Source: Devosia sp.
GTDB taxonomy: Bacteria; Pseudomonadota; Alphaproteobacteria; Rhizobiales; Devosiaceae
Assembly (NCBI GenBank): GCA_035998575.1
Contig: DASYHM010000024.1
Location: forward strand, 38,624-102,623
Direction of reading: 5' to 3'
Length of the DNA: 64,000 nucleotides
Shown in pieces: positions 52,650-62,838 of this stretch (position 1 is its first letter; every line of letters begins with the position of its first letter). Made by a program: the position numbers and the translations under genes. The notes beneath the pieces were generated by a model that worked only from the letters and a program-made list of their open reading frames with translations, was not told where the DNA came from and searched no databases.

Positions 52650-55600
52650 ATGATCAGGGACCTCTTCAAGTGGGTCGTGCCGGGACTCGCCACTGTCCTG
52701 GGCGGCACGACCTTGTGCCTGGCGATGACATCGGCGGATATCAGGAACGATCTGACATCGCGCAGCGTGGCAGCCATGGCCGCCGGCGGATACGATTGGG
52801 CAGAACTTTCGCTGCATGGCCGCGATCTCATCCTGACGGGCACCACCACCGATCAGGCCCTGCTTGATTCCGCGACCGAGCGCCTCTCCGGGCTATATGG
52901 CGTCCGATCCGTGACGTCTGACGTCACACTGGCACCGCTGGCCACACCCTATGAACTTCATGCGCGCATCGACGGAGAAGCGGTCAGGCTTGCCGGCGCC
53001 GTTCCCAATGACGCGACGCGGCAGCGTCTGTTGACACTGGCCGACCTGGAACAGGGGGCGCTCGAGCTGCGCTCCGGCGTCCCCGACCGTCGCCTGTGGA
53101 CCTCTGGCGCCGAGTTCGCCATCGACCAGTTGCAGTATCTGGACCAGGGCGAGGCCGTGATTTCGGATCTTACCGTCAGCCTGACCGGGCGGGCCAGATC
53201 CGAGCGCGCCTTTCGCGATCTGCTGATCGTGCTGCGGGCAGGGGCCCCAAATGGGCTTGTGCTCGGCGACATCGATGTCATGCCAGCGCTCGTCTCCCCC
53301 TATCTGTGGAACGCCAGTTTCGACGGCCAGCGGATCGAGGTTTCCGGCCACGTACCGGATGGTTCCCTCGCCGATCGCTACCGGACCGCCGAAGTTTCCG
53401 GCGCGCAAGTGGCGACTGGGCTAACGCTCGGTTCCGGCGAACCCGCTGGTTTTGCTGAGCTTTCGCAGGGATTGGTCGAACAACTGGCCCGACTGGAGCA
53501 TGGCGCCGCCAGCATCAGCGATGGCCAGAGCACGCTTCACGGCGCCCCCGCCACGCTCGAGATTGCCCAGGCCATCGTCGAGGCGCTCGAGCCCTCCGGT
53601 ACGATCGTCGTGCTCGAGCCGCCTCGCATCGAGGAGTACTGGATGAGCGCGACGCGCCAGCCCGGCGGAGTGATCGTCTTCGACGGCTATGCTCCCGATG
53701 AACTGACGCGTGAAGCCTTCAGCCAGCGCGAAGGCGCCGATACCAGCTATCTCAAGCTCGGCCGCGGTGCTCCAGAGCGCTACAGGTCCGGTGCCGATTT
53801 CGGCCTCGATGCGCTTGAACTGATGAGCGAGGGCCGGATCGCCCTACGCGACAACGTGTTGACCATCACCGGCACGGCGCGCTCGGGTGCAGACTACGAG
53901 ACTTTGCTCGCCATGCTGAGCGAACAGGCGCCACAAGGCCTGGTCCTGGCGCGTGCCGATATCGTGGCGCCGCCGGCCGACAACTATAGCTGGTCGGCGA
54001 CCAAGGATCGCGCCGGAGTCATCGCGCTTTCCGGCATGGTCCCCAATGCCGAAGTCGCGGCCACGCTGCTCGATGCCGCAGGAACATCGGCAACACAAAC
54101 AATGACCTATGCCTCGGGGCAGCCAAACGACTTCAACACCTCGGCGGAGATCGGCATCGGTCTGCTGCAGTGGCTGGGCGAGGGCAGCGTCAGTTTCGAC
54201 GGCGCTGGCTGGACCGTCACCGGCACCGCCAGTTCGGCCATCGACAAGGCCGCCATCGAGACCGATTTCGTCACCCGGCAACTCGCCGCGTCCGGGTGGT
54301 CTATGGCCTTGGCGGCCCCGCCTCCCGTTATCTCCCAAATCTCACCCTATCGCTGGTCGGCTACCAAAGCGGCGGACGGCGTAAGCTTGATGGGCCACGT
54401 GCCCACCGAGCGGTTGAAGCGTTATCTCGCCGTCCATGCGGGCGATGCGACCGTCGATTCTTCCGAACTGGCTGCCGGTGCTCCGGCGGACTTCGTCGCG
54501 GCGGCAACGGCTGGCCTCGATGCCGTCCTGGCGCTTGAGGAGGCGGAAGTCGCCTTCGATGGTTCCGCCTGGTCGCTATCGGGCCGGGCCGCCTCCGAGG
54601 CCGAACGGCACGCCATGCTGACGGCCTTGGGCACTGCAACGGACACGACAGACTGGTACATCGACGTCGTGGCGCCGGCTCCCGAACCCGAACCCGAAGC
54701 CAGCACGCCCTATGCCTGGTCTGCAACCAGATCCGCCGACGGCACCGTCACGCTGAGCGGGCTCGTTCCCACCGAGCCACTGCAGCGCTTCCTCGCCGTT
54801 CGGGCAGGGGAGGACGTCGTCGACCAATCCTCCGTCAATGCCTCCGCACCCGAAGGTTTCGCCGGTGACCAGCTGGCCGCCCTTGATGCCCTCGCCGCCC
54901 TTTCGGAAGGCGTCGTCAGCTTCGATGGCACGACGTGGACCATCACCGGCTCGCTCCGTGACGCCGGTGCTGCAACCGAGATCGACGCCAGCCTTGCCGG
55001 TGCCAGCACGCCGGCGGAGAATTGGATCCTGGCGCTGGTCAGCCCGGCCCCGGCTGTGCCCGAGCTCGAGCCGCAAATCGAACCTGTCGCTGCCCCGGTT
55101 GCGCCCGCTGCGACTGATGTCGACACCGACTATGCCTTTTCGGCCCGCCGTTCCGCTGACGGATCGGTGGTCATGGAAGGCCAGATGCCGTCGGATCCTG
55201 CAATGCGCTACTTTGCGGCCATCAGCGATGGGAACGTCGCCCCCGTGACCCTTGCCGATGGGGCGTCGCCATCTTTCCTTCCAAGTGCAGAAATCGGGCT
55301 GCGCGCCTTGCTGCAACTCGATGAGGGCGAACTCGACTTCACCCAGGGCGTCTGGTCCCTCCGCGGCATGGCGCCAGACAGTGCCACACGGGATGCGGTG
55401 CTTGCCGCCGTGGCTGCCGATCCTGCCGGCGTCAGCTGGACGACCGAGGTGGAACTTGCACCACCTCCGCCCGAACCCGAACCCGAACCCGAACCCGAAC
55501 CTGTCTCCGAACCCGCTCCACTGGCACAACCATCCACCCCCCTTGCGGCGGATGTCAGCGCCTGTGCCGCTCCGGTGGCGGAATTCTCCGCGCGTGATTC

Positions 55601-55928
55601 TATCCTCTTCCAATCCGGTGCCGCACTGATCGCCGCCGAATCCGACGCTGCGCTGGACGAACTGGCGCTGGATCTGGCCGCCTGTCCCGATGCTGTCGTT
55701 CACATCGAGGGCCACACCGATGCCGATGGCGACGAGGGCCTGAACATGGCGCTGTCGGTGGCGAGGGCCGAGGCCGTGGTCAATGCGCTGGTGTCGCGCG
55801 GTGTCTCGCCGGCCCGGCTCTATGCCCTGGGCTACGGCGAGAGTGCGCCGGTCGCCGAAAATACGACGGCAGAGGGCAAGCGGCTCAATCGGCGCATCGT
55901 CGTGACCGTGCAGCCGCGGCAACCGTGA
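52650..55928 (+). CDS. Large BON-repeat/OmpA-like peptidoglycan-binding protein (ArfA-like)
   Basis: N-terminal TM, BON domain, seven ~115-aa repeats, Pro-Glu linker, IEGHTD..NMALSVARA..NRRI. Confidence 0.88.
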   Translation: MIRDLFKWVVPGLATVLGGTTLCLAMTSADIRNDLTSRSVAAMAAGGYDWAELSLHGRDLILTGTTTDQALLDSATERLSGLYGVRSVTSDVTLAPLATPYELHARIDGEAVRLAGAVPNDATRQRLLTLADLEQGALELRSGVPDRRLWTSGAEFAIDQLQYLDQGEAVISDLTVSLTGRARSERAFRDLLIVLRAGAPNGLVLGDIDVMPALVSPYLWNASFDGQRIEVSGHVPDGSLADRYRTAEVSGAQVATGLTLGSGEPAGFAELSQGLVEQLARLEHGAASISDGQSTLHGAPATLEIAQAIVEALEPSGTIVVLEPPRIEEYWMSATRQPGGVIVFDGYAPDELTREAFSQREGADTSYLKLGRGAPERYRSGADFGLDALELMSEGRIALRDNVLTITGTARSGADYETLLAMLSEQAPQGLVLARADIVAPPADNYSWSATKDRAGVIALSGMVPNAEVAATLLDAAGTSATQTMTYASGQPNDFNTSAEIGIGLLQWLGEGSVSFDGAGWTVTGTASSAIDKAAIETDFVTRQLAASGWSMALAAPPPVISQISPYRWSATKAADGVSLMGHVPTERLKRYLAVHAGDATVDSSELAAGAPADFVAAATAGLDAVLALEEAEVAFDGSAWSLSGRAASEAERHAMLTALGTATDTTDWYIDVVAPAPEPEPEASTPYAWSATRSADGTVTLSGLVPTEPLQRFLAVRAGEDVVDQSSVNASAPEGFAGDQLAALDALAALSEGVVSFDGTTWTITGSLRDAGAATEIDASLAGASTPAENWILALVSPAPAVPELEPQIEPVAAPVAPAATDVDTDYAFSARRSADGSVVMEGQMPSDPAMRYFAAISDGNVAPVTLADGASPSFLPSAEIGLRALLQLDEGELDFTQGVWSLRGMAPDSATRDAVLAAVAADPAGVSWTTEVELAPPPPEPEPEPEPEPVSEPAPLAQPSTPLAADVSACAAPVAEFSARDSILFQSGAALIAAESDAALDELALDLAACPDAVVHIEGHTDADGDEGLNMALSVARAEAVVNALVSRGVSPARLYALGYGESAPVAENTTAEGKRLNRRIVVTVQPRQP
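55470..55499 (+). repeat. (CCCGAA)5 in-frame tandem repeat
   Basis: Five exact hexamers; three more at 54681-54698. Confidence 0.9.
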
Positions 55929-55941
55929 AGGCATCGCCGTC

Positions 55942-56061
55942 ATGACGATGAACTGGACAGCCTTGGCCTACCTGCTGGTCGCATACTGGCCCTACCTAGC
56001 TGGCGCGGCTCTGATCGGCCTCATGGTCGGTTGGCGCAGTTTCACACCCCCCAACACCTGA
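55942..56061 (+). CDS. Small 39-aa membrane protein (ArfB-like)
   Basis: MTMNWTALAYLLVAYWPYLAGAALIGLMVGWRSFTPPNT fills the gap between co-oriented genes. Confidence 0.7.
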   Translation: MTMNWTALAYLLVAYWPYLAGAALIGLMVGWRSFTPPNT

Positions 56062-56068
56062 CACTGCG

Positions 56069-56611
56069 ATGACTAACCTGGCTCACATTGCCGAAACCGC
56101 CCTGCTGCTGCTGTCAGCCTATTTGTTCGGCTGCATTGTCGGCTATGGGCTGCGTCGCGTCCTCCACGCCGCTCGAGGCACCAGGCAAACCGCGACCGCG
56201 CCTGTGCCTGTCGCCCCAGCCGTGGTGGAGCCGCGCCGGGTGCCGAGCGCCGCCGCACGCCTCGCGGCCCGCGTCGAGGACCTGCCGCCATCGCTCCCGA
56301 AGCTTCGTCCCGCCACGACGTCTCCGGATGGGGTCGTCGTCGCCGCTGTCGCCGGGGTCCCCCGAGAAGGCCGCCCGATGCAGCTGACAGTTCCCCGCGG
56401 CGGTGCTGCGGACAATCTCAAGCAGATCGAGGGTATCGGTCCGAAGATCGAAGCATCGCTTTACGCGCTGGGCATCTTCCACCTCGGCCAGATCGCGGGC
56501 TGGAGCAAGGCTGATATCGCCTGGGTCGATGCACAACTCGCCTTCAAGGGCCGCATTTTGCGCGAACGCTGGGTGGAGCAGGCCCGCGAGCTGAGCCGGG
56601 CGGTTGCCTAG
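56069..56611 (+). CDS. Membrane-anchored protein with HhH-like C-terminal domain (ArfC-like)
   Basis: N-terminal TM, Pro/Ala linker, DNLKQIEGIGPKIE..GIFH..QIAGW..WVEQA. Confidence 0.75.
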   Translation: MTNLAHIAETALLLLSAYLFGCIVGYGLRRVLHAARGTRQTATAPVPVAPAVVEPRRVPSAAARLAARVEDLPPSLPKLRPATTSPDGVVVAAVAGVPREGRPMQLTVPRGGAADNLKQIEGIGPKIEASLYALGIFHLGQIAGWSKADIAWVDAQLAFKGRILRERWVEQARELSRAVA

Positions 56612-56617
56612 CCGTCA

Positions 56618-57547
56618 CTATGCAGCCCGCGCCTGCGAATTGATCTGCATGATGAATTCGATCACTGCTTCGAGTTCCTCATGCTGGTCGAACAGCGCGG
56701 GCGAGCCTTGGCCGGCAATCGTCAACGCCACCGCGTCCGGTCGCCGCCGCACCATCTCGTCATAGGTTTCGCGCCGCAACTGGTCGGTCAGTTGCGTTCG
56801 CAGCAGCATCAGCGGCGCGCAGGTCAGCGCGTCGAACAACGGCCATTGCGCCAGCAGCACATCGTCGTAATTGATGCTGGCCAAGGCCTGGATCAGCCGG
56901 GGATCGAACAGCGGACGCGCGCGCCCTCGTTTGTCGATCACGTGGCTGCGCCCTATCAGTTCATCGAGCCGGCCGTCGGGCAGCTCCGGATAGTCTCCGC
57001 CAAGGATACGGCGAAAGCCGGCGGTCACGTGCTTGGCGCCGCGCAGCGATTCCACATGCGCCATGTTGTTCCGCAGCCGCACGATGCCACGCGAGTCGGT
57101 CACCGGCCCGGCATCGAGCAGCACCGTGCCCGCGATCAGCAGGGGATGGTGGGCTGCCAGCGCCATGGCGACCTGCCCGCCATGCCCCTGGCCCAGCACC
57201 ACTGCGTGCCCGATGCCCAGTGCCGTCATCACCGACGCTACGTCATGCGCGTCGGCGATCGAACTGTAGTCGCCCGACTTTGTCCGGTCGTCCGAGCGCC
57301 CGCGCCCCGGCAGGTCCAGCAGCACCACCGGCCAGTCGCCGCCGCGCCGGCGGAAATAGGCCACGAACTCGGTGAAATCGCTCATGTTGCGCTGATAGCC
57401 GGGAATGCACACCACCGGCAGGCGTCGCTTCGACAGCGTCCCCGCGACATGCACTGCGGCGCTGAGTCCAGCCGCCAGCGTCACCTGCGCGACCGGCAGC
57501 GGCTTGAAGGCAGGATGATCAGCGGGTGTGGTTCTGCGACTGGCCAT
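56618..57547 (-). CDS. Alpha/beta hydrolase fold protein with degenerate catalytic motifs
   Basis: CIPG, DLPGRGRS; GQGHGG at the nucleophile elbow. Confidence 0.8.
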   Translation of the reverse strand: MASRRTTPADHPAFKPLPVAQVTLAAGLSAAVHVAGTLSKRRLPVVCIPGYQRNMSDFTEFVAYFRRRGGDWPVVLLDLPGRGRSDDRTKSGDYSSIADAHDVASVMTALGIGHAVVLGQGHGGQVAMALAAHHPLLIAGTVLLDAGPVTDSRGIVRLRNNMAHVESLRGAKHVTAGFRRILGGDYPELPDGRLDELIGRSHVIDKRGRARPLFDPRLIQALASINYDDVLLAQWPLFDALTCAPLMLLRTQLTDQLRRETYDEMVRRRPDAVALTIAGQGSPALFDQHEELEAVIEFIMQINSQARAA

Positions 57548-57631
57548 GACGGCCCTTGTAGGAGGAGTGAGACCTGCCACTCAAGGGTCTGGCCGACCCG
57601 CGCCCAGATTTCTTCAGTGGAGCATCGGCTG

Positions 57632-59650
57632 TCAGTCGATTGCGCGCAGCGCTTCCTGCAGCGTCACCGGGCTGCCGCCCAGGCGTTGCCGGTAGACCAG
57701 GTAATTGCCCAGCACCCGCTTCACATAGGTTCGGGTTTCCTGAAAGGGAATGAGCTCCACCCAGATCACCGGGTCTACATTGGCGGCTCGCGGGTCACCA
57801 TAGGCCCTGATCCACTTGTTGGCATTGCCGGGGCCGGCATTATAGGCCGCTGCCGCTAGCACCAGCGAACCGTCGTAGCGCTCCAACTGCGTCGCCAGAT
57901 AGGTCGAACCCAGCAGGGTGTTGTAGGCCGCGTCGCTCACCAGGCGGCTGGGGGAATAATCAACGCCCACCTCGCGCGCCACCTCTTTCGCCGTGCCCGG
58001 CATCAGCTGCATCAGCCCGCGGGCGCCGGCCGACGAGACCGCATCGATCTGGAACATCGATTCCTGCCGCGTCACTGCAAACACCGCCGCGCGGTCCGCT
58101 GCCAGTTGCGCATCGGCGGGCAGGGGAGTCTCTGGAAAACTATAGGCGACGAGCGGTGTCCCCCGCTGGTCGCCCGTGCTCGCGATGGCGATCGCCAGCT
58201 GCGGTGCGCCGATTTCGCGCGCCAGCCGCGCAGCCAGCAGCAGCTCGCCCCCATCCTCAAGGCTGTTTCCGAAATGGCGCAGCAGGGGCAGCGCCATCCG
58301 CTTCTGTCCGTTCGCTGCCAGCAGCCGCACCGCCCGCACCACTTGTCGGGCGTTGAACACCGTCTCGCTCTCTCGCCACTCGGGGAGGGGGCTGATGTCC
58401 ACGCCCGGCTCGCCGAGCTCTGCCCGGGCAAGTTGCCCGTAGTAGACTGTGCCGTGCTCGGCAGCAGCTTCGAGCGTCGCCCGTGCCGCATCGAAGTTTC
58501 CCAGGGCGGCATTGGCCCGCGCCAGCCAGTAATTGGCCTGGCTGATGCTGTCCGGCAATGTCGTGTGCTGGGTCATTTCGCTGAAGTGGCGATGCGCCGC
58601 TTCGGGGTTGTCAAGAAACGCAAGGGCGATCCAGCCGGCATGGAACAGCGCATCCACCATGCGCGCCTCCGGTCCGTTGCGGTAGCCGGCCGCCGCGCGG
58701 TATGCGAGGTCAGGCTGCCCCAGGTCGAGCAGCTTGCGCACGAGGATGCGCCGCTCATACCACCACTCGGCCGCGTCGGGCACCGTCTCCGGCGCCTTGC
58801 CCAGCCAGTCGACGGCGCTCTCCCACAGCTCGAACTGCCGCGCCCGCTGCGCCCGGGAAAAATTGTAGACTGGATTTGAATGCAGGCTGGCATCCACCGC
58901 ATCCAGCTTCGCCTTGGCGTCGGCGTCGTTGCGCGACACCGCAGCCCGCGCCACCACCAGCGATTTCTGTGCCTCCGACAGATAGTCGAGGAGCCGCTCG
59001 CTGCCGCGGGCCCGGTCATGCATCATCAGGTGCATCGCCCGCGCCCAGTGCGCATCGCGATCGAGCAGCGCACCGAACGTGGCGAGCACCGAAGCCTCCT
59101 GCTCCCGCGTCAGAAAGTTCTTGGTCCAGAGGCTTTTGGCAAGGTCGCTGGCGCGCGTGGTATCGCCTAGTTCCAGATACGCCTCCGCCAGCATGATCTG
59201 CCCGTCGATGGTGCGCGGCCCGCCGTCACCAAGCCCCTCGATCACCTCGGCCGCAGCAGGCGCCGACCTGGCCAGCGCCTGTTCCATACGGGTCTGATAG
59301 AGAGCATCGCTGGCAAAGTCCGGCGCCTCGGCCGCAAAGGCTCGCACCGCTTCGGCGTCGATCTTGCCGGCATGGAATTGGATGGCCGCCCACTGGATCG
59401 TGCGACGCTCAAGGTCGTTGTCCAGCGCTTCAGCCTGCGCGTAGGCCTGCGTCGGCTCTCCATCCCCCAGCAGCGACAGTGCATCGCGGAACGCTGCCGA
59501 TCCCTTCTCGTCGCTCGCGCCGACGCTGGTCACCGCCGGCACCGAGCCGGTGGTCATGGTGTCGGTGGTCTCGTTCGCATGCGAGAAAGGGGCCAGACTC
59601 GTCAAACCCAAAACCGCTGCGATGAGGCTTGCAAGTGCTTGCCGCTTCAT
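57632..59650 (-). CDS. slt: Soluble lytic transglycosylase
   Basis: RQESMF, GLMQLMP, AAYNAG, ETRTYV; signal peptide. Confidence 0.9.
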   Translation of the reverse strand: MKRQALASLIAAVLGLTSLAPFSHANETTDTMTTGSVPAVTSVGASDEKGSAAFRDALSLLGDGEPTQAYAQAEALDNDLERRTIQWAAIQFHAGKIDAEAVRAFAAEAPDFASDALYQTRMEQALARSAPAAAEVIEGLGDGGPRTIDGQIMLAEAYLELGDTTRASDLAKSLWTKNFLTREQEASVLATFGALLDRDAHWARAMHLMMHDRARGSERLLDYLSEAQKSLVVARAAVSRNDADAKAKLDAVDASLHSNPVYNFSRAQRARQFELWESAVDWLGKAPETVPDAAEWWYERRILVRKLLDLGQPDLAYRAAAGYRNGPEARMVDALFHAGWIALAFLDNPEAAHRHFSEMTQHTTLPDSISQANYWLARANAALGNFDAARATLEAAAEHGTVYYGQLARAELGEPGVDISPLPEWRESETVFNARQVVRAVRLLAANGQKRMALPLLRHFGNSLEDGGELLLAARLAREIGAPQLAIAIASTGDQRGTPLVAYSFPETPLPADAQLAADRAAVFAVTRQESMFQIDAVSSAGARGLMQLMPGTAKEVAREVGVDYSPSRLVSDAAYNTLLGSTYLATQLERYDGSLVLAAAAYNAGPGNANKWIRAYGDPRAANVDPVIWVELIPFQETRTYVKRVLGNYLVYRQRLGGSPVTLQEALRAID

Positions 59651-59898
59651 CTGCCGTCCTGCTGGTATCAACGACATGACAGCCGGGCGCCCCCATCGAT
59701 CGAGTTAACCTGGGGTTTCCCGTTCCGGGTGAACATCTGGTGGCTCGCCGATGATCCCTGCCGCGCCACGCCAACGAAAACGTTGTCGTCGCTGCCGAGT
59801 GAAAGTATGGTGCGCCACTCAAGACCGGCCGCACCCAGCGACCATTGCCATCCCGCCACGGCCGAACTGTGGCAACCAACCCAAGGACATCTCGACAA

Positions 59899-60774
59899 AT
59901 GCTGCGAGGATCGATCACGGCGCTCATCACTCCCATGCGCGATGGGATTGTCGATGAGAAAGCCTTCGCTGGCTTTGTCGATTGGCAGATCGCGCAGGGC
60001 AGCCACGGCCTGGTGCCGGTCGGCACCACCGGCGAAAGCCCCACCGTCAGCCATCAGGAACATCGCCGCGTCGTCGAAATCTGCGTCGAGGTTGCGAACA
60101 AGCGCGTGCCTGTCGTTGCCGGCGCAGGCTCCAACGCCACGGCCGAAGCGATCTCGCTGGCCCGCTTCGCCGAGGACACCGGAGCCGATGCGGCTCTTTC
60201 GGTTGTGCCATACTACAACAAGCCCAACCAGGAAGGCCTGTTCCAGCACTTCTCGGCCATCGCCGGCGCCGTAGGCATTCCGGTCATCCTCTACAGCGTG
60301 CCCAGTCGCACCATGGTTGACCTCACAGTCGACACCATCGCGCGCCTGCGCGACGCCCATGCCAATATCATCGGCGTCAAGGATGCCACCGGCAACATGG
60401 AACGCGCGAACATGCAGCGGGCCAAGCTGGGCAAGGACTTCATCCTGCTCTCGGGCGATGACAGTTCCGCGCTCGGTTTCAATGCCCATGGCGGCCACGG
60501 CTGCATCTCGGTGACCGCCAACGTGGCGCCGCGCCTCTGCTCGCAGATGCAGGAGCTGTCGCTGGCCGGCGACTTCATCGGCGCCCGCGAGATCAACGAC
60601 AAGCTGGTCTATCTCCACCGCGACCTGTTCCTCGAGCCGAATCCCGCGCCGGCAAAGTACGTCGCCAATCGGCTCAATCTCTGCGCCAACGAAATCCGCC
60701 TGCCGCTCGTGCCCATCGCCAAGTCCACCCAGGACGCCATGGACTTTGCAATTTCTCACGCAGGTCTTATCTAG
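59899..60774 (+). CDS. dapA: 4-hydroxy-tetrahydrodipicolinate synthase
   Basis: [25 protein letters not shown]; slt-dapA-smpB context. Confidence 0.96.
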   Translation: MLRGSITALITPMRDGIVDEKAFAGFVDWQIAQGSHGLVPVGTTGESPTVSHQEHRRVVEICVEVANKRVPVVAGAGSNATAEAISLARFAEDTGADAALSVVPYYNKPNQEGLFQHFSAIAGAVGIPVILYSVPSRTMVDLTVDTIARLRDAHANIIGVKDATGNMERANMQRAKLGKDFILLSGDDSSALGFNAHGGHGCISVTANVAPRLCSQMQELSLAGDFIGAREINDKLVYLHRDLFLEPNPAPAKYVANRLNLCANEIRLPLVPIAKSTQDAMDFAISHAGLI

Positions 60775-60779
60775 AACGC

Positions 60780-61277
60780 ATGGCACCCAAGAACGACAAG
60801 TCCAGGAACGGCGTGATCAGTCACGGCCTCGTGGCTGAAAACCGCCGCGCCCGCTACGACTACGCCATCGGGGAAACCATTGAGGCCGGCCTGGTGCTGA
60901 CCGGCACCGAGGTCAAGTCGTTGCGGCTGGGCAAGGCGCAGATCACCGAATCCTACGCATCGCCAGAAAAGGGCGAGCTCTGGCTGATCAATGCGCATAT
61001 CCCCGAATACCTGCAGGCCAACCGCTTCAATCACGAGGAAAAGCGGCCCCGCAAGCTCCTGGTGTCCAAGAAGCAACTGGCCCATCTCGGGCAGGAAGTT
61101 GCCCGCGCCGGCAACACCATCGTGCCGCTCAAGCTGTTCTTCAACGATCAGGGCCGCGCCAAGCTGCTTCTGGGCCTGGGCAAGGGCAAGAAGAACTACG
61201 ACAAGCGCGAAACCGAGCGCAACCGCGACTGGAACCGCGACAAGTCCCGCATCATGAAAGAGGGCGGCCGGGGGTAG
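60780..61277 (+). CDS. smpB: SsrA-binding protein
   Basis: [29 protein letters not shown]. Confidence 0.97.
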   Translation: MAPKNDKSRNGVISHGLVAENRRARYDYAIGETIEAGLVLTGTEVKSLRLGKAQITESYASPEKGELWLINAHIPEYLQANRFNHEEKRPRKLLVSKKQLAHLGQEVARAGNTIVPLKLFFNDQGRAKLLLGLGKGKKNYDKRETERNRDWNRDKSRIMKEGGRG

Positions 61278-61312
61278 CATGCTGCTCTACTTGCTCCCCT
61301 TGAGGAGCGGGA

Positions 61313-61361
61313 GACCTCATGTTGAGCCTGTCGAACCATGAGCCTGTCGAACCACGAGGTC
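61313..61361. repeat. Family A repeat with internal 16-nt tandem duplication
   Basis: TGAGCCTGTCGAACCA twice (61323-61338, 61339-61354). Confidence 0.85.
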
Positions 61362-61368
61362 GTGCCCC

Positions 61369-61941
61369 TCAGCTCTCGTCCGCCGCCACAGGCGCTGTCC
61401 CCGGCCGTGTGCTGGGCGGGCGCCCGACCGTCTTGGCCAGTTCGGCCACGTCGATGAAGAAATCCGCCTGCCGGCGCAGATCGTCGGCGATCATCGGCGT
61501 CGACGTCATCAGCGTCGAGACCACGGTCACCCGCTTGCCCTTTCGCTGCAGGGCGGCCACCAGCGCGGTGAAGTCACCGTCGCCGGAAAACAGCACCATA
61601 TGGTCGTAGAACGGCGCCAGCTCGAGCGCGTCGACCGTGAGTTCGATGTCCATGTTGCCCTTCACCTTGCGGCGTCCGGCGCCATCGGTGAACTCCTTGG
61701 CCGGCTTGGTCACCACCGTGAAGCCATTGTAGTCCAGCCAGTCGATCAGCGGGCGGATCGAGGAATATTCCTGATCCTCCACCAGCGCGGTGTAGTAGTT
61801 TGCGCGCAGCATATAGGCGCGGCCGTTGAACTCGGTCAGCAGCCGGCGGTAGTCGATGTCCATCCCTAGCGCCTTGGATGTGGCGTAGAGATTGGCCCCG
61901 TCGATGAACAGCGCGATCTTCTCCCTTGGATCGATGGGCAC
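61369..61941 (-). CDS. NYN domain (LabA/DUF88) protein
   Basis: FIDGANL, KGNMDIEL, SGDGDF, LRRQADFF; GGAGG RBS before GTG. Confidence 0.92.
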   Translation of the reverse strand: MPIDPREKIALFIDGANLYATSKALGMDIDYRRLLTEFNGRAYMLRANYYTALVEDQEYSSIRPLIDWLDYNGFTVVTKPAKEFTDGAGRRKVKGNMDIELTVDALELAPFYDHMVLFSGDGDFTALVAALQRKGKRVTVVSTLMTSTPMIADDLRRQADFFIDVAELAKTVGRPPSTRPGTAPVAADES

Positions 61942-62177
61942 GTGAACCTCCAGATTGGCGGAAGCCCCCGCCCAAAGCCTGTGGCACCGAACGTCCGGCT
62001 TAAATTCCGCCGAGAACGTTATGCCGGGTGCGCTATTCGCACGTTTTCTGCTCTCCCACAAGTTACCCGATCGGGCCGTTTTCCGGCGAAATCGGCGGAG
62101 AGGGGCGCCGCACGCGCTTGTGCCTGCTGGGTCACTCGTGTATGGGGAGCGTTCTTTCCACAAGATTGGAGACGTTC

Positions 62178-62546
62178 GTGGCACGCGTCACCGTTGAAGA
62201 CTGCATCGAAAAGATCGAAAACCGCTTCGATCTCGTTCTCATGGCCGCCCATCGTGCGCGCATGATTTCGTCCGGCGCGCAGATCACCGTTTCCCGCGAC
62301 AACGACAAGAATCCCGTGGTTGCCCTGCGCGAAATCGGCGATGGCGCCATTTCGCCCGACGACCTGCGTGAGGACCTGATCCACTCGCTGCAGAAATATG
62401 TCGAGGTCGACGAGCCCGAGGAGCACGCCGCTCCGCTCATCGAAAGCGGCAACGGCGACGATTCGATCAACTTCGACACCATCAGCGAAGAAGAGCTGCT
62501 GCGCGGCATCGAGAGCCTGGCCCCGCCGGAGCGCCGCGACGACTGA
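62178..62546 (+). CDS. rpoZ: RNA polymerase omega subunit
   Basis: [26 protein letters not shown]. Confidence 0.97.
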   Translation: MARVTVEDCIEKIENRFDLVLMAAHRARMISSGAQITVSRDNDKNPVVALREIGDGAISPDDLREDLIHSLQKYVEVDEPEEHAAPLIESGNGDDSINFDTISEEELLRGIESLAPPERRDD

Positions 62547-62567
62547 AAGTCGGCACACTGCCTTTCA

Positions 62568-62600
62568 ACACCCTCGGCGCGAGCCGGGGGTGTTTTGTTT
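62568..62600 (+). terminator. Intrinsic terminator after rpoZ
   Basis: ACACCCTCGGC..GCCGGGGGTGT stem then TTTGTTT. Confidence 0.75.
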
Positions 62601-62625
62601 CGGCCAGGTGCTTCCCATCGCCACT

Positions 62626-62726
62626 GGGTCATTCCGGCGAAGGCCGGAATCCATGTGCGTGGCTCTCACCCACATCCAGCCTACGCGCCGATGCGGACCT
62701 GGAATCCCGGCCTGCGCCGGGATGAC
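62626..62726. repeat. Family B element with inverted termini (MITE-like)
   Basis: GTCATTCCGGCGAAGGCCGGAATC ... GAATCCCGGCCTGCGCCGGGATGAC. Confidence 0.8.
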
Positions 62727-62838
62727 ACCGCATCTGGACTTTCTCCGCCACTACCGCTCGCTTACTCCCCACCGCCACCTTTCCCATTTCCCTCCAAAGC
62801 GCTAAGCTCATTGCTTAAGCTTGCGGCGACCACCTCCC

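Noticed and set aside
60780..61368. tmRNA gene expected near smpB
   Set aside because: No tRNA-like ends or tag frame are visible; the gap is short and filled by a repeat.
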